Of a stretch of 64,000 nucleotides of DNA, positions 26,236 through 38,599 are shown one piece after another. A program made the translations under genes and the position numbers. The DNA is from Eledone cirrhosa. Its lineage: Eukaryota. Position 1 is the stretch's first letter, and each line of letters opens with the position of its first letter. The notes below the pieces were generated by a model. It searched no databases. It was not told the DNA's origin and worked only from the letters and a program-made list of their open reading frames with translations. Location: positions 169,260,001 through 169,324,000 of the forward strand of contig OZ024742.1 in assembly GCA_964016885.1 (NCBI GenBank). The letters are read 5' to 3'.

Positions 26236-27548
26236 TATTCCCCCTCTCTCTATATATATCTTACGCTTTCGCTTTACACTCCTCCCCTTCAATAACACAT
26301 TTCCCCCTCTCTATATATCTTTTCCACTGTTACTTACGCCTGTTTCTCTCTATCTGTTCCGTCTCTATATATATCCCTCTTACTCTTTCGCTTTGCACTC
26401 CTCCCCTTCAATACCATCTCTCCCCCTCTCTATATATTTGTTACTCTATCGCTGCACGCTCCTCTCCTTCAATATATCAATTACACACGCTTTACACTCC
26501 TTTATCCCCAGCGCCCCTCCCGCATCTATATTTTAATGTTCCGTTGCACCGTGAATATATGTGTCTATATATATATACATATATATTGTATATACACATT
26601 CATGTATGTGTATACACACTCATGTATGTATTACACTGGTTTTATGTGTGTATTGTAAATTTGTACTGTTAAAACACGAAACTAACATTCGATTGACACT
26701 TTGATTACCTGTACAGGCAATAGTTATTAGAATGCTGTTGAAGTGTGTATATATTTTTGGGGGACATCCTGTATATACACACATTATATATAATACAATA
26801 AACAGATAAATACACACATATATATATGAGCTTATTTAATTATAAATATTGTGAATTTTTAACTCAGTTCAATTATATATATAAATGGCTTCTACAGGAC
26901 TAGAACTGTTTCATTCGAAAGAAATCATCATAATATTGAGAGGGGGGACTAGATAAAATATTTCAAATCAAATGTGTATAAGTTATAAGTTAAAATGTAT
27001 AAATAGAGACGATAGTGGAGGTATATCTGTTTAGTGGAACAGTAGACGATAGAATTAAATACAGACGAGAATCTCCCTTTAATGAAACAGCAGACGATAG
27101 AATTAAGGCAATTTAAATTTTAAGCATTTGCATTTTTGCCTTTCATCGTTACGGGGTCGATAAAATAAAGTACCAGTAATACACTGTCACTATAAGTAGA
27201 CGACTTTCAAATTGAATTGTTGGTTCCATTTCTTTAGTATTTTCAATTGTAGTTATCTACTTAAAAAGCGTTACACGGTTAGAGATATAATTGGTAAGTT
27301 ATATCTTCCCTATTAAACCATTGCATTATTTCGCCTACAATAGAACAAAAATGAAATGTTCTTTAAAGAAACAGGAATATAACTTTATAAAAAAAAAAGT
27401 TGCATCCGCTTCTTTTATCATTGATAATTTTTTCGTTTTAATATTAATTGTTTTTTGTAGTTGTTTATATTAAAAATCTTACTGTAATATTTACTTAAAC
27501 GAAGGCAGACATCTAAACTTATAGATTAATCTTGAGCGAAGGACTAGA

Positions 27549-27693
<145 letters not shown>

Positions 27694-29533
27694 GAAGAAT
27701 GATAAAATTTCAAGCAAAGAGTTTAATTAGGTAATGACTTACAAATTTGTTTCAGTATATAGACAAAGCCTGAAGCGCTAATTATAATAATTAGTTAATA
27801 ATATTACAAAATATATTAATATTATATTAAATATATACTGAAACAAATTTGTTTAGCAGAAAGTTTCCAGACAAGAAACACGCATATTTTGCTATCCTCA
27901 AACACGTTTACACATGGCATGAAATATAACTAATCCGAGATGGCTAGGTTTCATCTTCTAACTGGATAAACGAAATCCATTATGTCTTGACAACAACATG
28001 AGGTAACATTATGTTATTCACAGACACACTTTGTACACTGTTCCATATCAGAATGTATTTCCTTCGTCACATTCACAAACAGTATTGAAAATATGTTCTT
28101 CGGCAAATAAAAATGTTTTGTTCATAATATTTCAACTAGCGATTGCTCTACTCCACGCACGACCACCATAAATTAATGACCAGCTCAACACAAGTATTGG
28201 TAGAGCGTCAGACACCATGCTTTGCAGTATTGTTATGGTCCTTTGCATTCTAAGTTCAAATCCTGCCGAGGTTAACTTCGACTTTCATACTTACTAATTC
28301 GATAAAATAAAGTACCAGTAATGGACTGCCGTAATGGATTTGTGCCGAAAAATAGAAACACTATTAATGTGCAATAAGAGCAAAATATAACGACATTGCT
28401 CAATTATTTTATCTAATGTTGTAATAACACAAGGAAATGTTGTTTGTGTATTTTTTTTTATATTTGCTCATAGGCTTTTACAATTTAGCTCAGCCAACAA
28501 CTATTAAAAAGTGAGTTGCTTAAGATAACAATTTAATCACAAATTGTTGCTATCTTTTAATACACACCAACAAGTCATCAAATTATGTACAATAAAAACA
28601 AATCTTATTAATTTGCTCAGGGAATATAAAGAAAATGTATATACACTGATAATTGCAATTGTATGTAAATATTTTGTATTTGTATTGTTTATTTTATGTC
28701 TTCTATTATGTATAATATATTGATTTAATATTGATTGTTTTTTGTAGTGTTTATATTAAAAGTCTGAAAATATTTTTATACATCTTACACTAATATTTAT
28801 AAGATAATTTATAATAACAATTACATAATCTAATTACATTACAACGATAATTTATTATTAATATATATCCTGTTTAACTAGAGTTATTACAAGCGTTGCC
28901 TTAAAAAAATATTAAACTAGACATGAAAAATGCACAAGCTCAAAAGTGCCACAGAATGTTATAATAAACCTTCAAAAGTGTGGGACTAGAGTTGTTGCTA
29001 AAAAATATTGTAATCATTATATATCGTACATTCTGTGGCATCCTTTATAAAAATAGCTTAAACCAACGAAGCCTTTATTTTTACGCTATTTCACTTAGTT
29101 AATTCTTAGAGTGTAACATATAAAAATAAATACATCTATGTTTAATGTAATAACAGCTATAAATAATTACGTAATATTATTATCATATACTCATAGTAAC
29201 AAAATAATTGTGTTGAAAATTAATATGATGCTTATATGAACGATCAAATCTATAATGATAATTTCTTAAATATACTAATAGTAAAATAATTTAGTTATCT
29301 ATTGTTACATTTTCATAGAACTATAATATTAACAATCGTATTGCATTATCAAATTTTTATCACTACAAACTTTCATATTGGAATTACCTTAAGCCACTTA
29401 TTATTACTTCGCTTTCGTACTTTTACAGCTGTAGATATTGCGCTGTATCTTATATCTAATATCAATATCTCATGGTAATTTGCATGCAGTGTAAAATAGG
29501 TTTATTAATAACTTTAATATGAAATGTATTATA

Positions 29534-29621
29534 CAGGGCTGCGGAGTCGGCTAAAAATTGACTGGCTCCAACTCAGGATCCGATACTCCATTATTTCCTA
29601 AATTTCAGCTCCGCAGCTCTG
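29534..29621. mobile_element. hAT-like mini-MITE
   Basis: TIR cagggctgcggag matched by ctccgcagctctg; near-identical 8-bp flanks gtattata and ttattata. Confidence 0.65.
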
Positions 29622-29822
29622 TTATTATATTAATTAATTTATTTTATAGTTGTAAATCATATTTTTATATGTTACACTCTAAGAATTAACTAAGTGAAAT
29701 AGCGTAAAAATAAAGGCTTCGTTGGTTTAAGCTATTTTTATAAAGGATGCCACAGAATGTACGATATATAATGATTACAATATTTTTTAGCAACAACTCT
29801 AGTCCCACACTTTTGAAGGTTT

Positions 29823-30005
29823 GGATTGGCAGTATCGGTAGAGGGTCTGACGCTATGCTTTGCAGCAAAGAGTTACGCCCCTTTATGGTTTGAGTTCAAA
29901 TCCCGCCGAGGTTAACTTTGCCTTTCATCCTTACGGGGTCGATAAAATAAAGTACCAGTAATACACTGGGATAATTGCTGGCCTTGTGTCTAAAGTAGAA
30001 ACAAT
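29823..30005 (+). mobile_element. tRNA-derived SINE with Meta-like core (representative copy)
   Basis: B-box gagttcaaatcc and core ttgcctttcatccttacggggtcgataaaataaagtaccag. Other copies at about 1558-1698, 2334-2465, 19150-19290, 28196-28365, 41812-41980(-), 58145-58335(-) and 59468-59652. Confidence 0.8.
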
Positions 30006-30515
30006 TATAACATTCTGTGGCACTTTTGAGCTTGCGCATTTTTCATGTCTAGTATAATATAGGTTAGTTTTATAAATAAATATTGACATACCCTTAAAAA
30101 ATGCAACCATTCTGGTTGGAATCTCCTGGATAGTGGAGTTATTAGATTTATTGTTGGTTTATTATGCAAATTAGTGTTGGAAAGGTATAAAACAGTATAT
30201 TTAAATTAAGTCGTTACTCTATATTTATTTTCTTCGTCTCTTCTCTCAAAATTACGCTATTCTCTCTCACTAAAATATACTCAGTTGTCTCTCTTTCTTT
30301 CTTTCCTTCATTTTTTCTCTTTCTTTTCTTTTTTTTTTTTATTTTCCCTATTCCAACAGCTTAATTTAAATATACTGTTTTAAACCTTTCCAACACTAAT
30401 TTGCATAATAAACCAACAATAAATCTAATAACTCCACTATCCAGGAGATTCCAACCAGAATGGTTGCATTTTTTAAGGGTATGTCAATATTTATTTATAA
30501 AACTAACCTATATTA

Positions 30516-30581
30516 TATTTTATCTGATGAAAGCGCACCATAGTTTTCTCTGGTGGCCCTTGAAATATGTATAATGAAATA
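30516..30581 (+). ncRNA. Hammerhead ribozyme candidate, family C
   Basis: tattttat-CTGATGA-aag cgc acca..tggt ggcc ctt-GAAA-tatgta-TA-atgaaata; 8-bp stem I with one G-U pair. Confidence 0.68.
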
Positions 30582-30621
30582 AATATGGTCTTATAAATAT
30601 AGTTTCCATTTGTTAATATAT

Positions 30622-30650
<29 letters not shown>

Positions 30651-30659
<9 letters not shown>

Positions 30660-30926
30660 TAGAATATTCGAAAATATTCTGTATGTTTATGATAAACATT
30701 TTGAAGACCTAATCGCTATAGAATAGAATACGTCACGTATTACAATTAGATTCTCGATAAAAGCAAGGGAAGTAATCTACGCGTTTCATTCTCGTTAGAA
30801 ATCATCAGGACTACATATCCAGTGCTTTTATCGAGAATGACACAGCTAGAGACTTATAGAATACTTAGCTGTGTACAGGAACTGGTTTGAAAGAGCGGTT
30901 GCCGGTCCGGCAGAAATTAGAAATTG
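30651..30926 (-). repeat. Inverted, nearly full copy of the 310-bp unit, with hammerhead at 30772-30814 on the minus strand
   Basis: Reverse complement of the array unit, directly abutting the array; (TA)n on its left. Confidence 0.9.
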
Positions 30927-32968
30927 AACGAGAATGAAACGCGTAGATTACTTCCCTTGCTTTTATCGAGAATCTAATTGTAATACGTGACGTATTCTAT
31001 TCTATAGCGATTAGGTCTTCAAAATGTTTATCATAAACATACAGAATATTTTCGAATATTCTATGTCTATATTCACATATATATCGCTATTTCAGAGCAT
31101 TTATTCCAATTTCTAATTTCTGCCGGACCGGCAACCGCTCTTTCAAACCAGTTCCTGTACACAGCTAAGTATTCTATAAGTCTCTAGCTGTGTCATTCTC
31201 GATAAAAGCACTGGATATGTAGTCCTGATGATTTCTAACGAGAATGAAACGCGTAGATTACTTCCCTTGCTTTTATCGAGAATCTAATTGTAATACGTGA
31301 CGTATTCTATTCTATAGCGATTAGGTCTTCAAAATGTTTATCATAAACATACAGAATATTTTCGAATATTCTATGTCTATATTCACATATATATCGCTAT
31401 TTCAGAGCATTTATTCCAATTTCTAATTTCTGCCGGACCGGCAACCGCTCTTTCAAACCAGTTCCTGTACACAGCTAAGTATTCTATAAGTCTCTAGCTG
31501 TGTCATTCTCGATAAAAGCACTGGATATGTAGTCCTGATGATTTCTAACGAGAATGAAACGCGTAGATTACTTCCCTTGCTTTTATCGAGAATCTAATTG
31601 TAATACGTGACGTATTCTATTCTATAGCGATTAGGTCTTCAAAATGTTTATCATAAACATACAGAATATTTTCGAATATTCTATGTCTATATTCACATAT
31701 ATATCGCTATTTCAGAGCATTTATTCCAATTTCTAATTTCTGCCGGACCGGCAACCGCTCTTTCAAACCAGTTCCTGTACACAGCTAAGTATTCTATAAG
31801 TCTCTAGCTGTGTCATTCTCGATAAAAGCACTGGATATGTAGTCCTGATGATTTCTAACGAGAATGAAACGCGTAGATTACTTCCCTTGCTTTTATCGAG
31901 AATCTAATTGTAATACGTGACGTATTCTATTCTATAGCGATTAGGTCTTCAAAATGTTTATCATAAACATACAGAATATTTTCGAATATTCTATGTCTAT
32001 ATTCACATATATATCGCTATTTCAGAGCATTTATTCCAATTTCTAATTTCTGCCGGACCGGCAACCGCTCTTTCAAACCAGTTCCTGTACACAGCTAAGT
32101 ATTCTATAAGTCTCTAGCTGTGTCATTCTCGATAAAAGCACTGGATATGTAGTCCTGATGATTTCTAACGAGAATGAAACGCGTAGATTACTTCCCTTGC
32201 TTTTATCGAGAATCTAATTGTAATACGTGACGTATTCTATTCTATAGCGATTAGGTCTTCAAAATGTTTATCATAAACATACAGAATATTTTCGAATATT
32301 CTATGTCTATATTCACATATATATCGCTATTTCAGAGCATTTATTCCAATTTCTAATTTCTGCCGGACCGGCAACCGCTCTTTCAAACCAGTTCCTGTAC
32401 ACAGCTAAGTATTCTATAAGTCTCTAGCTGTGTCATTCTCGATAAAAGCACTGGATATGTAGTCCTGATGATTTCTAACGAGAATGAAACGCGTAGATTA
32501 CTTCCCTTGCTTTTATCGAGAATCTAATTGTAATACGTGACGTATTCTATTCTATAGCGATTAGGTCTTCAAAATGTTTATCATAAACATACAGAATATT
32601 TTCGAATATTCTATGTCTATATTCACATATATATCGCTATTTCAGAGCATTTATTCCAATTTCTAATTTCTGCCGGACCGGCAACCGCTCTTTCAAACCA
32701 GTTCCTGTACACAGCTAAGTATTCTATAAGTCTCTAGCTGTGTCATTCTCGATAAAAGCACTGGATATGTAGTTCTGATGATTTCTAACGAGAATGAAAC
32801 GCGTAGATTACTTCCCTTGCTTTTATCGAGAATCTAATTGTAATACGTGACGTATTCTATTCTATAGCGATTAGGTCTTCAAAATGTTTATCATAAACAT
32901 ACAGAATATTTTCGAATATTCTATGTCTATATTCACATATATATCGCTATTTCAGAGCATTTATTCCA

Positions 32969-32974
<6 letters not shown>
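30927..32974 (+). repeat. 310-bp tandem array (about 6.6 units) with a hammerhead ribozyme in each unit; retrozyme or Penelope pLTR-like
   Basis: atatcgctat recurs at 31081, 31391, 31701, 32011, 32321, 32631 and 32941. Units are near-identical (one C>T seen, at 32774). CTGATGA cores at 31225, 31535, 31845, 32155, 32465 and 32775. Confidence 0.92.
31219..31261 (+). ncRNA. Minimal type-I hammerhead ribozyme (representative of 6 full copies in the array)
   Basis: gtagtc-CTGATGA-t ttct aacg agaa t-GAAA-cgcg-TA-gattac. Stem I gtagtc/gattac, stem II ttct/agaa, palindromic stem III ACGCGT; predicted cleavage after GUA at 31255. Confidence 0.8.
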
Positions 32975-33021
<47 letters not shown>

Positions 33022-33194
33022 TAGATAAATGTATATATATATGTAGATAAAAGGCCAAGGGAAACAATGCTTAATCTAGTGTAAGAGAGCTTATTTAGTA
33101 TATATTAAAATTTCATACACTTAACTTGTATGCACGATCTTAAGTTTGGGGTCCACTTATGACCACCATTGTATAGTGGCCTTTCTCATCTGAC

Positions 33195-33540
33195 ACAAGG
33201 ACAAACTACGACTTTTCTTGTCGTTGTCTAACTAAAAAGAAGGCATCTGTGGTGCTCCTCCTTGGTGCTAAACCAAACTGCATTCTAATTTGACTATTTC
33301 TCTAATTAGTTTAGCTCAAACTCTTTTTTGTCACTTTCATTACCTGGTCCATTAGTTTTATGCTTCTGTAATTGCTCCCTTTTTAGTTCATCACCTTTTC
33401 CCTTGTAACAATTGACGAGTTTATTACAACACCAATAATTGGATATTACTCCATTTTGTATTACTTGATTAATTATGCAGGTGACTCCTACTTCCTTAGA
33501 TTTCAGCATCTCAGTGACTATTTCTGATGGCCCGGACACA
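33195..33540 (-). mobile_element. RTE LINE fragment
   Basis: GPSEIVTEMLK..NCYKGKGD. Confidence 0.75.
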
Positions 33541-34018
33541 GAATACTTATATATATCATCATCATCATCATCATCATTTAACGTCTATCTTCCACGCTAG
33601 CATGGGTTAGATGGGAGTTGTCCCACTTGAGGCAAGATTGGTTGGGTGACCATGTCTCGCTCGTATAGGACTATCTGGCAGGTTTTCTATGGTTGAATGC
33701 CCTTCCTAACACCATATATATCATCATCATCATCGATTAACATCTATCTTTCACACTAGCATGAGTTAGATGGGTTTGTCCCATTTAGAGGCAAGTTGGG
33801 TCAGGTGACTATGTCTTGCTCATATAGGAGTGTTTCTGGTTTTCTATGGCTGGATGCCCTTCCTAATGCCAACCACATTGACAGTGTGTGCTGGGAGCTT
33901 TTTGCCGTGTATTTTACACATCCACTTTACAGTGTGGGCTGAGTGCTTTTTGTCGTGACAACTACACGATCACTTTATAATGTGGGCTGGATGTTTTGTG
34001 ATACCAGCATAATATATA

Positions 34019-34056
<38 letters not shown>

Positions 34057-34132
34057 ATTTGTCAACTCTTATTAATGGTCAGACCTGCTCGCTCTCCTGC
34101 GAAATGTAAAATGCCATTTTTTTCTTGTCTCT

Positions 34133-34568
34133 CCATCCTCTCGGTCCATTCATTCATATATCCGTATCATCGCCCAGAATCCAATCTTTGCTCTTTCTCA
34201 ATGCTATTCTATAATTCTGTCTGGTTGTTCTAAATAATCTTCTTGTATTTTAAAATCCCATTATTCACTTATTACTGTTATATGCTTGTCCAATTATGCC
34301 CAAAATTCGACGATTTTATTTAAACCCTCTCGTAAAATGCCCCATTTGTTTTTCTAAATTAACAATCTCGTTTGTTTAATTTTCATCCTCTCGGTCCATT
34401 CATTCATATATCCGTATCATCGCACAGAATCCAATCTTTGCTCTTTCTCAATGCTATTCTATAATTCTGTCTGGTTGTTCTAAATAATCTTCTTGTATTT
34501 TAAAATCCCATTATTCGCTTATTACTGTTATATGCCCAAAATTCGAGGATTTTATTTAAACCCTCTCG
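34133..34568. repeat. Local tandem duplication with about 250-bp period
   Basis: catcctctcggtccattcattcatatatccg at about 34134 and 34384. Confidence 0.85.
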
Positions 34569-34727
34569 CTAACTACCCCATACCCCTCCCACCCGCACAA
34601 ACTCGCCACCATTATTATTTGGACCAATCATAAGTCAGCGGCCTATGCTATCACTTCTCCTGGTTGCTTTTCGATATGATGGATGGACTAAGGAATTCTG
34701 GAGAGTCTGAAAAAATCTGAACACTCA

Positions 34728-37724
34728 GTGACAATGCCAAAGATAAAGACAAATTCACCTCATGCTGCCGGACGAAAAGTCAAGGACTCCTCCTCTTTGT
34801 TTCGGACGCGGAGGGCCAACATAACCCCAACCCCATCCCCCTCACCCCTCCCCGCGACCCACCGTTCCCAACCACCAAACGCAATCCAAAACTTCAGAGT
34901 TGGTACCATAAATGTAGGCACCTTAAAAGGTCGTTCTAACGACGTTGTAGAAATGCTTGAACGTAAGGAGGTTGATGTTTGCTGTATCCAAGAGACCAGG
35001 TGGAGGGGTGGGCCTGCTAGATTCATTGTGGGTAAAAAACGATGCTATAAGCTTTTCTGGGTGGGAAATGACAATGGGCTGGGTGGGGTAGGAATCATGT
35101 TAGCAGAAAAATGGGTAGATAAGATAATAGACGTAAATAGAGTGAACGACAGAATAATTAAAATAAGACTTGTCCTAAATAGAACTACTGTGACGGTAAT
35201 ATCTGCGTATGCACCCCAATCCGGACTGCCTGGCGCTATAAAAGACTCATTCTATGAGACATTGATGCTCACTACCTCCCAAATAACCGACAGTGACTAC
35301 ATAATTATTGCTGGCGACCTAAATGGTCACGTTGGACAACATTGTGACGGCTATGACGGAATCCATGGAGTCTACGGGTTTGGTACTAGAAATGAGGAAG
35401 GCTCCAGAATCCTGGAATTCTGTGACGCAAATAACCTAACTATCTGTAACACTAACTTAAAAAAATGAGACAATCACTTGATCACCTACAGATCAGGGGA
35501 ACACGCCAGTCAGATAGATTATATCCTTACCAGAAGACATGATAGAGTGTCTGTTGTAAACACTAAATCCCTCCCCCATGAAGAATGCACCTCCCAACAT
35601 AGACTCATAGTCAGCGACCTCATAGTCAGGACAAGGCATACTCGATAACAGAGGAGGACTATCCTCAGGAGAAAAATATGGAAGCTAAAGGACCCCACAG
35701 CCAGTAATAAATTTAAAAGCATATTACTTGATGCTTTCGACAATAAGGAAGAGTAATTAGAGTCGAACAATATAGAGGAACAGTGGGTATTCCTGAAAGC
35801 TAACCTGCTGAAGGCGGCAGATGAAGTCTGTGGCTGGAGCAGGCCTATAGCCAGGAGGAGAGTAACGTGGTGGTGGAACAGTAAGGTGGAGGAGTCAATT
35901 AAGGCCAAAAAGCAAGCTTGGAAAGTATGGCGGGATGGGGGAAGTAGAGAAGACTAGCAAGTGGCCAGGAGGGAAGCTAGGAGACAAGTGTACTTCGCAA
36001 GAAGGGAAGCAGAGGAAAGAAAGTACAAGCATGTTCTACAATGCGAGGACCAAAAACGTGAGGTGTTCAGGATTGCTAGGCAATGTGTCAAGGAAAACCA
36101 TGATATTGTTGGGGAGAAGTGTGTCCTTAATGATGATGGTGTACTTGCCATCACTGACGCTGATAAGAAAGTAGCTTGGAAGTGTCACTACGAAAGCTAC
36201 TAAAGGAGGAGAATAAATGGGAGAAAGACAGTCTCCCCCACATCGATCCAATAGAGGGACCAGCAGTGCTAGTTGAAGGTAGTGTAATAAGTAAGGCAAT
36301 CAAAGATATGAAGATGGGTAAGGCGGCTGGGCCTTCAGAAATAGTTGCTGAAATGCTGAAAGCATCTGGAACGGTGGGACACACTATGGTCACCCAGATA
36401 GTAAACCAAGTCATACAGAATGGGGTCGTTCCGAAGGACTGACGTAGCAGCATCATCATTAACTGCTACAAGGGTAAAGGAGATGCCCTGGATAGGGGTA
36501 ACTATAAAGGCAGTAAATTAATCGACCAGGTCATGAAGGTCACAGAAAAAGTAATAGTGCAACTAATCAGAGAGCGAATTGATCTAGATGAAATGCAGTT
36601 CGGGTTTGTGTCAGGTAAAAGTACCACAGACGTTCTTTTCATTGTACGACAACTACAGGAGAAGTACCTAGCTAAAGGTAAACCCCTATACTTAACTTTT
36701 GTTGACTTGGAGAAAGCCTTTGACAGAGTCCCCCGTTCCATTATCTGGTGGGCTCTTAGAAAACTAGGTGTTGATGAATGGCTTGTGAGAACTATATAAG
36801 CCATGTATAAAGAAACAGTCAGCAAGGTTAGAATTAACAACGAATATAGTGAAGAGTTTAGCGTAAAAGTTGGTGTTCATCAGGGCTCCGTTCTTAGCCC
36901 CCTACTATTTATTATTGCCCTTCAGGCTATAACAGAGGAGTTCAAGACCGGCTGCCCATGGGAACTCCTATACGCAGATGATCTAACGCTCATAGCTGAA
37001 TCAATGGCTGAACTAGAGAAGAAATTCCAAACATGGAAGCATAGCCTAGAATCAAAAGGCCTTAAAGTTAACTTGTCTAAGACTAAAGTTCTAGTTTGTA
37101 GGAAGGAAAATAGGGCACCGATCCCATGTGGCAAATGGCCATGCTGGGAAATGGCCATGTAGGAAAGGAGTAGGCAGAAACTCCATTTTATGTCCCAAAT
37201 GCAAAGTATGGGTGCATAAAAGATGTAGTGGGATCACAGGTAAGCTAACTAAGAATATAGATTTTATATGTGGCCGGTGCTCTGGTGCAATAAGTAGCAA
37301 CAAGTGCCCACAGAAGACTAGCTCATTCCATTGCACAGATGGTTCTATAGATATAGTGGACACGTTCCGTTACCTGGGTGACAAAATCAGCAGGGGGGGA
37401 GGGTGCTCTGAAAGTACAGTAGCTAGAGTCAGAACGGGATGGAAAAAGTTCAGAGAGCTTATACCACTATTGGCCGCTAAAGAGTTCTCTCTAAAAATGA
37501 AAGGCAGGCTGTATGATGCCTGCATACGAACAGCAATGTTACATGGCAGTGAGACCTGGGTATTGTGTGCAGAGGATATACGCAGACTGGATGTGTAATA
37601 ATAATATACGTGAACGGCAAAGCATAAACGAACTAAGGGAAAAATTAGGAATAAGAGGGATCAGATGTTGTTTACTCGAGAGAAGACTACGTTGGTATGA
37701 TCACATGATGCGCATGAAAGACGA
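34728..37724 (+). mobile_element. Near full-length RTE-clade LINE (APE endonuclease + RT + PHD-like finger), inactivated
   Basis: APE motifs (GTINVGTL, IQETRW, SAYAPQ, GDLNGHVG) and RT motifs (FVDLEKAFDRVPR, GVHQGSVLSPLLF, YADD, FRYLG); several stops and frameshifts. Confidence 0.95.
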
Positions 37725-38545
37725 CATCATCATCACATCATCATCACCGTTTTACATCCATTCTTCCACGCTAGCATGGGTTAGACGGGTTGTCCTGTTG
37801 TGGGCAGTGTCTGGTCGGCTGACCATGCCTTGCTCATACAGGAACTGATTTGGCTTGATTTCTACAGCTGGATGCCCTTCCTAACACCAACCTCATTTAC
37901 AGTGTGGGCTGGGTGCTTTTTCCGTGGCGCCTACACGTGCACTCTGCAGTGTGGGCTGGATGCTTTTTTGCCGTGGCACCTCCACGACCACCTTGCAGTG
38001 GGAGGGTGTGGGGGCATATTGTCTATATGCTTCAGCTTGTACGCATGGGAGGTCGGGTACTCTGTATTACTGCGTGATGCCAGAGGTCACGGTCGTGTGT
38101 CATCGCCTTTGAGAGGTGTAATTGGGTAAGGTCGGCTTTTATCACCTCATCCCAGGTCATCTTGGGTCTCCCCACTCCGCGGTTTCCATCGACTTCTAGT
38201 GCTCTACACCTTTTTATGCAGCTGTCATCCTTCATATGCATCACAGGTCCATACCAACGCATCCGCCTCTCCTGCACACAGCATCTGATTCCTCTTATGC
38301 TCAGTCTCTCAATTCATTTATGCTTTGTCGTTTGCGTATATTACTATTACACATCCATCGGAGCATGCAGGCTTCGTTTCTCTCTAATCTACGTAAGTCT
38401 TCCACCTTCAGCGCCCAGGTCTCACTACCATGTAACATTGCTGTTCGGATACACGCATCATACAGCCTTTCATTTTGAGGGAGAAGCCTTTTGCAGCTAG
38501 CAGTGGTAGTAGTTCCCCGAACTTCTTCCATCCCGTTCTTACGAC
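37725..38545 (-). mobile_element. 3' fragment of RTE LINE, tail-to-tail with the 34.7-37.7 kb copy
   Basis: LYDACIRTAMLHGSETW, RRMRWYG, GRPKMTW, followed by the 3' UTR (ggaagggcatccagc) and GAT tail. Confidence 0.88.
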
Positions 38546-38599
38546 AGTTGTATAAAAAAGTGCAGGGCGATAAAAATAGACGGTAGCCACGGAGTAGGC

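Noticed and set aside
30927-32974. Tandem array as a CRISPR array or rRNA/snRNA gene cluster
   Set aside because: Units are contiguous and identical with no unique spacers, there are no cas genes, the context is eukaryotic, and I see no resemblance to 5S or snRNA sequences.
34620-34730. HDV-like ribozyme at the 5' end of the RTE LINE
   Set aside because: Known for some RTE elements, but I could not identify the nested double-pseudoknot pairings by eye; needs a descriptor search.
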